NCBI GenBank assembly: GCA_023248155.1
Contig: JAHFFE010000001.1
Coordinates: 148,873-212,872 of the forward strand
Origin: Candidatus Omnitrophota bacterium
GTDB taxonomy: Bacteria; Omnitrophota; Gorgyraeia; 1-14-0-20-64-10
Direction: 5' to 3'
Length of the DNA stretch: 64,000 nt
Positions 40,622 through 48,147 of the stretch are shown here, piece by piece. Under the pieces are notes generated by a model. That model ran no database searches, was not told where the DNA came from, and worked only from the letters and a program-made list of their open reading frames with translations. The position numbers and the translations under genes were made by a program. Every line of letters starts with the position of its first letter. The first letter of the stretch is position 1.

Positions 40622-41056
40622 ATGAATGGGTTTCAAAGAGCGGGGATAGCCGCGCTGGCGGCACTGTTTGTTTTTTCCGGTTTTCCGGTTATGGAGCGGA
40701 GCATTCCGGCGGCCGAGGCTAAGCCGGTTGTTTCAGGTCATGACGGTTGCTGCGGTTCCGGCATGAAAAACTGCTGCTGTTCCGGGACGGAAAACTGCGG
40801 AACTTGCTCCGGGCATGCGGCGAAGAAAACGATCGAAGCATCCTCAGAAACGATCGGTCCTCATTGGGCGGCTTGTCCCGGTCCCTCTTCAAAGAAATTA
40901 GCGCTGATTACCGGCTTGCGCGAAATCGCTCCTCCCGCTTCTGTTTCGTTCAGTGAATTGCCTTGTCAGCATGCTCCCAATAAATCAGAGCGCCATTCTC
41001 CGGACTCGCTCGCTTTCTCTCCCGATACGCCTCCTCCTCGAAAAGATTCCGTCTAA
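40622..41056 (+). CDS. Exported Cys-rich small protein with C-terminal PPPR motif (probable leader peptide)
   Basis: Signal-like N-terminus, HDGCCGSGMKNCCC...CGTC, ends SPDTPPPRKDSV. Confidence 0.6.
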   Translation: MNGFQRAGIAALAALFVFSGFPVMERSIPAAEAKPVVSGHDGCCGSGMKNCCCSGTENCGTCSGHAAKKTIEASSETIGPHWAACPGPSSKKLALITGLREIAPPASVSFSELPCQHAPNKSERHSPDSLAFSPDTPPPRKDSV

Positions 41057-41071
41057 AAATAAGATTTTTCC

Positions 41072-41171
41072 GGCCACGGGTCCTGTCGCTCGGGGACACT
41101 CTCCGCCGTCCGTGCTCGCTTCGCTGCGCGCGTGGCGGCAGAGGCCTCTCCCGCCCGCGTCACCCCTGGCC
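41072..41171. repeat. 100-bp GC-rich imperfect palindrome (REP/MITE-like or regulatory hairpin)
   Basis: GGCCACGGGT ... ACCCCTGGCC termini and inner CTCTCCGCCG / TGGCGGCAGAG arms. Only one copy was seen in the window. Confidence 0.55.
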
Positions 41172-41224
41172 TAGAATTTGTGATTTCGATTTCTTAACCG
41201 GTTTTATTCTTGGGGGATTTTTCA

Positions 41225-42250
41225 ATGCATCGTAAATGGATTGTTTTTATTATTTTAGCGGCGGCAGGGCTGACGGAGCTTCCTTCACCGGCGCAGGCTT
41301 CATGCGGTTCTGCTTCATGTCCGGCGGACACTTCGTCCTGGGGTGATCGCAAAGCGGGCGATGTCGAGCTGGGTTATCAGTTTGAATATGTCGAGCAGGA
41401 TCAGCATCAGATTGGCCGGCATAGCGCTGCGTTCCGTGAAATCCGCGGGCACCATGACGAAGAATTTACCGTCAGCCGCGTGCATCGGCTCTCGGCTTCC
41501 GCTGAATTGACCGACCGGTTGGGCGTTGATTTCAAACTGCCGTTTGTGAACCGGTCACACGCGCATATCCATCGCCATGGCGGCGCCGATATCCTCGAAA
41601 GCTGGGACTTGTCCGGTCTGGGTGATTTGGCAATGACGGTGCGGTATGATTTCTGGAAACCGGAAAATCGTCGGCTGCCAACGCTAACGGCCATTGCCGG
41701 CGGCGAGTTTCCGACAGGTTCTTATAACGAGAAAAATTCCGATGGAGATGTCGCGGAACTGGGCATACAACCCGGCAGCCATTCAACCGATTTCATTGTC
41801 GGGTTGGCGTCGCGGCAGATGTTCCAGGCAAAACGGCTGACGGGCGGCACTGGCCCGCTCCCGATTTTTTTCAGCGTGATCGGTCAGCTTAACGGTAAAG
41901 GAACCGACGATTACCGTTTGGGCGACACGCTGCAGGTGACGATGGGAACTTCCTATCCGGTGTTTCCGAAAGTGGGCCTGCTGGGGCAGATCAATTTTCT
42001 GCTCAGGGGCCGCGACGATAAGGGGAGCACCCGCGAAGAGATTCAGAAAACCGGCGGCGAGTTTTTATATCTTTCCCCGGGGCTGGAGTTCCGCCCGAAT
42101 GAAAACTGGCGCATTTATGGCCTGGCGCAGATCCCGGTTTATCAGCGCGTCAATCTGATTCAGACGGTATCCGATTACAATCTGCTGTTCGGAGCGACCT
42201 ACCGGTTCCATAATCTGCTCGGTTCAAGAAGATCAAAGAAGCCGTTATAA
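41225..42250 (+). CDS. His-rich outer-membrane beta-barrel transporter (MetA-pathway/CopB-like type)
   Basis: Signal peptide, ASCGSASC, HHDE, HAHIHRH, SGLGDL, QPGSHS.D, YLSPGL, QIPVYQ.VN. Confidence 0.7.
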   Translation: MHRKWIVFIILAAAGLTELPSPAQASCGSASCPADTSSWGDRKAGDVELGYQFEYVEQDQHQIGRHSAAFREIRGHHDEEFTVSRVHRLSASAELTDRLGVDFKLPFVNRSHAHIHRHGGADILESWDLSGLGDLAMTVRYDFWKPENRRLPTLTAIAGGEFPTGSYNEKNSDGDVAELGIQPGSHSTDFIVGLASRQMFQAKRLTGGTGPLPIFFSVIGQLNGKGTDDYRLGDTLQVTMGTSYPVFPKVGLLGQINFLLRGRDDKGSTREEIQKTGGEFLYLSPGLEFRPNENWRIYGLAQIPVYQRVNLIQTVSDYNLLFGATYRFHNLLGSRRSKKPL

Positions 42251-42272
42251 TGCCAAATGTTATAATAAAACC

Positions 42273-43526
42273 GTGAGCGATTACTCAACAAGACCTCTTG
42301 TTGCCATCGGAGCAATCTGTTTTTTGTTTGCTTTGCTTGTTTGGCCGGTGATTTGGACCGGTCGCCAGACAACTCCGGAAGCCTACGATCAAGAAACCTA
42401 TCATCTTCCGGCGATTCGGTTTCTGATTGACCAAGAATCCAATTTCCGTGAATTTCCTTGCCCCAACCTGCCAGGTTACCATCTAGTAATGGCAACTGCC
42501 TCACGCTTCGTGGGCGAGGGACGGTGGCTTCAATGGATCAACAGTTTTTTTGGATTGGCGGTTGTCCTTATTGTTTTTGCCTATGCGACAACGGTCATTG
42601 AACTATGGACAGCATTTGTTTTGGTTCTGCCGTTGCTCTGTTCGAGCTATCTGCTCAAGGGTTCCATATGGCTCATGACCGATAATGCAGCATGGCTGAT
42701 GGTTGTTCTTGCCTTGGGTGATGCTCTAACCGCACGCCGACTTACGCCCTGGCGGTGTATCGGGTGGGGGGCATTAGTAATCGGCGCAGTTTTGGTTCGA
42801 CAAACCCATATCTGGCTGGTCATTCCAATGGCTTATGCTTTTTTGGGGGGAATTTCAGAACAAAAAGGTGCTGTTCGCGCACAATCTGTTACGGCAGGTC
42901 TCATGAGTATCTTGGCGCTTTTCTTGCTGCTTGCAGCTGCCTGGAATCTCTGGGGAGGGCCGGTCCCACCTGCTTTTGTTGCCATACATTGGGTGCATAT
43001 AAACCTCACCTCGATTACGCTTGCTATGGCACTGCTTGGGTTCTTTGGATTGTTCTATCCAAAACCAAAAAACAGCCTGCCATGGTGGGGGGGATTCATT
43101 GGATTGCTGACTGCTTTGTTATGGCCTACGGCGTATGATATTGCGCAGGGACGGTGGGGGGGCACTGTCTGGGAGCTTGCCAGGCGAGTGCCAACCATCG
43201 GCCGCCGGTCGTTATTATTTCCACCGTTGGCGATAATGGGAGGCATTCTGCTGGCCTCCTGGGGATGCGCAATCACCGCTGATCCATTACGGCGACGTCG
43301 AGCTATTTTGCTTTGTGTTGCTTTTATGAGCTGGCTGGTTGTTCAACCGCTCAACTCCCAAACATTTCAGCGCTATGCCGAACCCATGGTTTTGATTCTG
43401 CTCATTTGGTTTTCGGCATTTTGCGTTTTTGAAAAAAAACCATCCAATGATAAATGGCACTGGTTGAGTCCACTTTTGCTGGGTGTGATGCAATTAGCAG
43501 TAACGTTACTGTCCATCTGGAAATGA
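42273..43526 (+). CDS. Polytopic membrane protein, possible GT-C (ALG10-like) glycosyltransferase
   Basis: About 10 TM helices; loop after TM1 YDQETYHLP...PGY, then MTD, RQT, FQRY. Confidence 0.5.
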   Translation: MSDYSTRPLVAIGAICFLFALLVWPVIWTGRQTTPEAYDQETYHLPAIRFLIDQESNFREFPCPNLPGYHLVMATASRFVGEGRWLQWINSFFGLAVVLIVFAYATTVIELWTAFVLVLPLLCSSYLLKGSIWLMTDNAAWLMVVLALGDALTARRLTPWRCIGWGALVIGAVLVRQTHIWLVIPMAYAFLGGISEQKGAVRAQSVTAGLMSILALFLLLAAAWNLWGGPVPPAFVAIHWVHINLTSITLAMALLGFFGLFYPKPKNSLPWWGGFIGLLTALLWPTAYDIAQGRWGGTVWELARRVPTIGRRSLLFPPLAIMGGILLASWGCAITADPLRRRRAILLCVAFMSWLVVQPLNSQTFQRYAEPMVLILLIWFSAFCVFEKKPSNDKWHWLSPLLLGVMQLAVTLLSIWK

Positions 43527-43598
43527 GATTGTCTTTTTAGTGTTCCGCAATCTGCTGGGTTCAAGAAGATCGAGGGAATAGAATAAATTAAAACAAAA

Positions 43599-44297
43599 AT
43601 GAATATATTGCCAAACTCGATTTCATTGGAATCAGCGCTGTTATTAGGCACCGGACTTGTGCTGGGCATCCGCCACGCGTTTGACCGCGATCATGTGGCG
43701 GCTGTGACCCATTTTGTTTCGCTAGAGCCGAATCCGCTTAAGAGCGCCTGGTTCGGCCTTCGGTGGGCGCTGGGGCATGCGATCTCGGTGGCGTTGTTAG
43801 GCGTCCTGATTTTATGGTTCAACCTGAAATTTGATCCGTCCTTTGAGCGGACCGCCGAACTGTTCATCGGGATTGCATTGGTAGCGCTGGGCATCTGGCG
43901 GCTGTTTCTTCTCTGGCAGGAGCGCCAACATTCCCATGAACATCTGCATCCCGAAAATAAGAGCAAGCATAGCCACAGCCATTCGCATGAGCCGGGCAGT
44001 CCGCATGTCCATTGGCTGGCACCCACGCTGGTCGGCATCATGCATGGCGCCGCTGGAACGGTGGAAATATTTGTTTTAATTCCGCTGACGTTCATGGCCA
44101 GCCGTTGGCTGGCTGCGTCATACATTCTGCTTTTCAGCGCCGGTTGCGCATTTTCGATGACCCTTTACGGATACCTGGCCGGCCATTTTTACCACTGCAC
44201 CAACCAAGCCGGCCGTAAAATCTACCAGGTTCTTGTGGTGCTGACCTCGCTGTCGGGGTTTGTGCTGGGAGCCGTCTGGATTCTAAAGAACATCTAA
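43599..44297 (+). CDS. Nickel/cobalt transporter-like membrane protein (UreH/NicO type)
   Basis: RHAFDRDH, WALGH, His-rich loop, GIMHGAAG. Confidence 0.85.
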   Translation: MNILPNSISLESALLLGTGLVLGIRHAFDRDHVAAVTHFVSLEPNPLKSAWFGLRWALGHAISVALLGVLILWFNLKFDPSFERTAELFIGIALVALGIWRLFLLWQERQHSHEHLHPENKSKHSHSHSHEPGSPHVHWLAPTLVGIMHGAAGTVEIFVLIPLTFMASRWLAASYILLFSAGCAFSMTLYGYLAGHFYHCTNQAGRKIYQVLVVLTSLSGFVLGAVWILKNI

Positions 44298-44350
44298 CCG
44301 CACGTTTTAGGGACTGCCTCTCTCGTGTTATAATTCTCTATTGTCTCGTC

Positions 44351-44422
44351 GCCGGCGTGGCTCAATGGTAGAGCAGCTCATTCGTAATGAGCGGGTTGGA
44401 GGTTCGATTCCTCTCGCCGGCT
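44351..44422 (+). tRNA. tRNA-Thr (anticodon CGT)
   Basis: Full cloverleaf: GCCGGCG/CGCCGGC acceptor, GCTC/GAGC D stem, GCTCA-TTCGTAA-TGAGC anticodon arm, TTCGATT T loop. CCA is not encoded. Confidence 0.97.
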
Positions 44423-44458
44423 TTTTTATTTGAACCCTGTCTGCAGGGAGGTGTTCTT

Positions 44459-44914
44459 TTGAATAAATTATTTGGTTTGAAACCATGGTTTTTGAGCAAA
44501 CAAACCCAAATTGTCATCCTCTGTTGCATAATCGGATTATTTTCAATAGTGGTCGCATTATATTTCTGTATGGACAAAATTAACAAGGTCACCTATCCCG
44601 AATACAAACAGTTGATTGCTCAAGGACAGTTGATAGAAGGCACCGTGATTAATTCTGAGTATCAAGTCATGATGATAGAGTCAAATATTTCCGGAACTCA
44701 AGCGAGTCCTGTTTTTTGGGTAACGATGGAATATTTGGATCCGGAAACAAAAGAAGAAAGAACTCTTCTTGAAAACTGGCATCCAATGTGGAGAAACCAC
44801 CTGCAAAAGGGGGACAAAGTTCACCTTTATTATTTTCCGTCAAACAAACGTGTCAAAATATCATCCAAAAATAATTATCTGTTTGATAGAGAATTTGATT
44901 TGTCGAGAAAGTAG
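44459..44914 (+). CDS. Single-TM hypothetical protein (DUF3592-like)
   Basis: TM followed by G..IEGTV...V..EY..P....L.KGD.V.LYY.P; AT-rich; TTG start after GGAGG. Confidence 0.55.
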   Translation: MNKLFGLKPWFLSKQTQIVILCCIIGLFSIVVALYFCMDKINKVTYPEYKQLIAQGQLIEGTVINSEYQVMMIESNISGTQASPVFWVTMEYLDPETKEERTLLENWHPMWRNHLQKGDKVHLYYFPSNKRVKISSKNNYLFDREFDLSRK

Positions 44915-44926
44915 ATTAGATATCTT

Positions 44927-45487
44927 TTAAGCGGGGGAGAGCGCTTTTTGGACGAGCGCCAGCTGTTCGGGGGTCAGCGAAAGTTTTAACGCGGCGGCCC
45001 GGCCTTTTTCGCCCATTTTCCGCCAGGTTTTCCGCAGAATTTCCACCATCGTCGCTTCCGGTTCTTTATGCAGCAGGTCGGTGAACTGATGTTCCAAAAA
45101 GACCAGGCAGAGCGCGTCTTCCACGATTTGTGATTCCGGGTCGCGCAGATTTTTCTTTAAGATGATCCGCTCAACGGTAGCGATTGATTCCGGCAGGTAG
45201 CCGGCCTCGCGCATCAGGGCGCCGACTTTTTCAGCGTGCATCCCTTTGAGTTTTTCCCGCCAGGCCAGATAGCTTTTGCGGTCGTCCGGGAAACTGTCGC
45301 GCGGAATTTCCCATCGGGCGATATGCTGGCCGCGCGCGGCGATTAATAGTTCTTCCGAGGGGTTCGGTTCCAGCTTTTTGACCCACTCGGTGACCCACTC
45401 TGAATAGGGGAATTCGTATTTTTTAGGGTCGGTCCGGTTGACCCGGTCGATCGCTTCCAGCACTTTTTCCAAACGATTTTCACTCAT
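44927..45487 (-). CDS. DUF4202 family protein
   Basis: AID..N..DP, AARGQHIARW.IPR, Y..WR, EDALCLVFL, KTWRKM. Confidence 0.8.
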   Translation of the reverse strand: MSENRLEKVLEAIDRVNRTDPKKYEFPYSEWVTEWVKKLEPNPSEELLIAARGQHIARWEIPRDSFPDDRKSYLAWREKLKGMHAEKVGALMREAGYLPESIATVERIILKKNLRDPESQIVEDALCLVFLEHQFTDLLHKEPEATMVEILRKTWRKMGEKGRAAALKLSLTPEQLALVQKALSPA

Positions 45488-45511
45488 CGCTTTCATTATA
45501 GATTAATTTTG

Positions 45512-45545
45512 TGCTATAATCCATGTAGCTGCATTTGTAGCTACA
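45512..45545 (+). promoter_or_regulatory. TA promoter with tandem palindromic operators
   Basis: TGnTATAAT (45512-45520), then ATGTAGCTGCAT (45523-45534) and the perfect palindrome TGTAGCTACA (45536-45545), 12 bp centre to centre. Confidence 0.75.
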
Positions 45546-45558
45546 TACAGGAGGCATC

Positions 45559-45834
45559 ATGGTCCAGTTCGTGAATGTTCGTCAATTGAAAAATCAGCTC
45601 TCGGAAGTGATCCGCCGAAGCCGAAAAGGCGATGTGGTTGTGACATCGCGCGGCCGGCCGACCGCCATCCTGCACGCCATCTGTGAAGAAGACCTGGAGG
45701 ATTATCTGATCACGAATTCGCCGCGTTTTAAAAAAAGCCTGGAATATTCCTATCGCGAATATCAGGTTAAAGGAGGGGCCTCTCTCCAGTCGCTGTTAAA
45801 AAAAGAGGCTGCCGGCAAGCGTGTTCGTCGTTGA
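45559..45834 (+). CDS. Phd/YefM family antitoxin
   Basis: VNVRQLKNQLSEVI....VVVTSRGRPTA. Confidence 0.9.
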   Translation: MVQFVNVRQLKNQLSEVIRRSRKGDVVVTSRGRPTAILHAICEEDLEDYLITNSPRFKKSLEYSYREYQVKGGASLQSLLKKEAAGKRVRR

Positions 45835-46084
45835 GTTTACCCCCGCCGCTGTTCGTGACTTAAAGCGAATAGATCCAGGAGTCCGCAAAAAGCTTTTGGG
45901 AGAGACTCGGGTGCTGGAGCCGGATCCGTTTCCAAAAGGAACTCCGCAAATTAAATTATTGGCAGGAATCCGTCCGCCCCATTTCAGGCTCCGTTCCGGC
46001 GATTATCGAATTGTCTACAGGATTGAGAGAAAGACGGTTGTCGTAGTTCGTATCGCGCATCGCAGGGAGGTCTACCGGTTTTAA
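45821..46084 (+). CDS. RelE/ParE family toxin
   Basis: VEFTPAAVRDLKRI, FRLRSGDYRIVY, IAHRREVY. Confidence 0.9.
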   Translation: MFVVEFTPAAVRDLKRIDPGVRKKLLGETRVLEPDPFPKGTPQIKLLAGIRPPHFRLRSGDYRIVYRIERKTVVVVRIAHRREVYRF

Positions 46085-46115
46085 AACAAGGCAATAGAGG
46101 AGATAAATTTGCAGT

Positions 46116-46823
46116 ATGGCCAAGAAACCGTCTAATGTAGAAGTCTGGTTGGAGCGGGAAACCTCTTTTACGCGCAGAGCGCTTGAAAGCGCCTCCAGAC
46201 ATTTCGACTCCAACGATGAGCTTACAGTGAATACGCTTGAAGCCGTCTACGGACAAGAAAACAGTTTCGGTATCTTGATGGGAAAACGCGGCTCAACCAA
46301 TCGAGCTGGCCATTTTCAGTTCGAGCCGCCTACTGCCAAACGGTACAGTTTAAATAGTTCAAAGGGGAACGATCAGCGCTTTGACATCGATCGCGCCGCT
46401 TCCGCAGCTGCAAGATACTTAAAAGACCTTAATAGCTGGTTCGGCGAGAGGACGAGTTTAGGGGGAGGGGTGTACACTGTCCCTGTCAAAAGCATCTCAG
46501 AACGAAAGAAATTCGTTCTTGGAGCTTTCAATGCCGGCGAAGGGCGCGTTGCCCGCGCTCAACATCTTGCCCAGGAGGATGGGAGGGATCCCCGTTTGTG
46601 GAGTGAGGTGGTGAACTACATTGCAGCGGCCAAAGCTCTACCGAAGAAACAGGAGGAGACTAGGGCATACGTCGAGATGATTCCCCTCTATGAAACGGAG
46701 TTCGCCAAGAAGTCACCAGCCAATAAGACTTTGAAAAAGAAAGGGATCAGAAAGGGGAAGTACCTTTGTACCGACGGGCATTGGGTGACAATTGATGGCA
46801 GGCCGGTATTCATCTGTGATTAA
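46116..46823 (+). CDS. SLT-domain lytic transglycosylase
   Basis: AVYGQENSFG (catalytic Glu), GHFQF.P.TA, AAARYL, AFNAGEG, ETRAYV. Confidence 0.85.
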   Translation: MAKKPSNVEVWLERETSFTRRALESASRHFDSNDELTVNTLEAVYGQENSFGILMGKRGSTNRAGHFQFEPPTAKRYSLNSSKGNDQRFDIDRAASAAARYLKDLNSWFGERTSLGGGVYTVPVKSISERKKFVLGAFNAGEGRVARAQHLAQEDGRDPRLWSEVVNYIAAAKALPKKQEETRAYVEMIPLYETEFAKKSPANKTLKKKGIRKGKYLCTDGHWVTIDGRPVFICD

Positions 46824-47268
46824 GGGGCGCCAGCCATTGTTTTATCGAATCCTGACGTTTCTGGTTGTCTGGCTCGTTTTTTGTTCAACTGCTTTTTCGA
46901 TCCGTGTCGGAGGATTGCAGGAAATCTATGAGACACCGATTCCCGCTGAGATTCGCAGAAACTTCAACCGCATTCTTCAGATCCGCACCGCATCCCCTGA
47001 AGCCACTTTGACAGTTCTCAATGGAGAGAAATTCCTCGATATTTACGCGAAGAAATTCCTCGTCGTCGGCATGGAGCCCAACGAATTCGGCGGCGTTTGG
47101 GCGGTCATCGCCATCGAAGGCAATCTAAAGGATGCCTTCCTGCTGTGGCTGTATGATGTTGATCGCGATGAATATGATTTGCGCAACGTTGAGAAGCTCC
47201 CCGACCACTTGGAGGAAGAACTTGTTCGGAAACTTCGAGATCCGGCCTATCGAAAGTATTGGTTGTAG
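46792..47268 (+). CDS. Hypothetical exported protein
   Basis: ORF with an N-terminal hydrophobic/signal segment overlapping the SLT gene. Start uncertain. Confidence 0.55.
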   Translation: MMAGRYSSVIKGRQPLFYRILTFLVVWLVFCSTAFSIRVGGLQEIYETPIPAEIRRNFNRILQIRTASPEATLTVLNGEKFLDIYAKKFLVVGMEPNEFGGVWAVIAIEGNLKDAFLLWLYDVDRDEYDLRNVEKLPDHLEEELVRKLRDPAYRKYWL

Positions 47269-47361
47269 GCGCCCTGCTAATGTGGGGCTAACAGAAGAGG
47301 ACGAATGCGGATGAAAGATGGGGTATCAGTCAGGAAACAAGGGCAATCAGAGAGAATAATC

Positions 47362-48147
47362 ATGCGACAGATCACCTTATTTTTAATGGTCCTATTTGTT
47401 GGCGTTGGCTCCGCGGAAGCGGTTCTGAAAACCAAATCGGTGGAATATCATCACGGCGATGTTCTGCTGGAAGGGTACCTGGCTTATGACGATTCTTTTT
47501 CAGGACCGCGTCCCGGTGTTTTGGTGGTGCACGAATGGCGCGGCTTGAACGATTACACCAAGCATCGGGCCGAGCAGTTGGCCGGGTTGGGCTATATCGC
47601 GTTTGCCGCCGATATGTACGGCAGGGGAATTTACGCTAAAGATCACGAAGAAGCCGGGAAATTGTCCGGCATTTACCGCAATGACCGTCATCTAATGCGT
47701 GCTCGCGCGCAAGCCGCGCTTGACTGTATTCAAAGCCAGCCCGGCGTGGATGGCAATAAGCTGGCGGCGATCGGTTACTGTTTTGGCGGATCGACCGTGT
47801 TGGAATTGGCGCGCAGCGGAGCGGATCTGAAAGGAGTGGTCAGTTTTCATGGGCCGCTCGATACGCCGAATCCGAACGATGCAAAAAATATCCGAGGCAA
47901 AGTGCTGGTTCTTACCGGCGCGGCCGATTCATTTATTCCGCCGAAGCAGATTGCAGCTTTTGAGCAGGAAATGAAATCAGCCGGCGTTGATTACCGGGTT
48001 ATTCAGTACCCGGGCGCTGTGCACAGTTTCACCGTGCCGGATGCCGGTAATGATCCGTCCAAAGGGGTGGCCTATAATCCCGAGGCCGACAAAAAATCAT
48101 GGGACGAAATGAAGCAATTCCTGCAGAAAATTTTTAAAGCGGCTTAA
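47362..48147 (+). CDS. Dienelactone hydrolase family protein, exported
   Basis: Signal peptide, HEWRG, GYCFGG, HSFT. Confidence 0.9.
   Translation: MRQITLFLMVLFVGVGSAEAVLKTKSVEYHHGDVLLEGYLAYDDSFSGPRPGVLVVHEWRGLNDYTKHRAEQLAGLGYIAFAADMYGRGIYAKDHEEAGKLSGIYRNDRHLMRARAQAALDCIQSQPGVDGNKLAAIGYCFGGSTVLELARSGADLKGVVSFHGPLDTPNPNDAKNIRGKVLVLTGAADSFIPPKQIAAFEQEMKSAGVDYRVIQYPGAVHSFTVPDAGNDPSKGVAYNPEADKKSWDEMKQFLQKIFKAA

Noticed and set aside
44387-44458. N-terminal extension of the 175-aa ORF
   Set aside because: Overlaps tRNA-Thr; a TTG at 44459 with a GGAGG site is the more likely start.
44423-47268. Prophage or intact integrative element
   Set aside because: No integrase, structural genes or att duplication visible.
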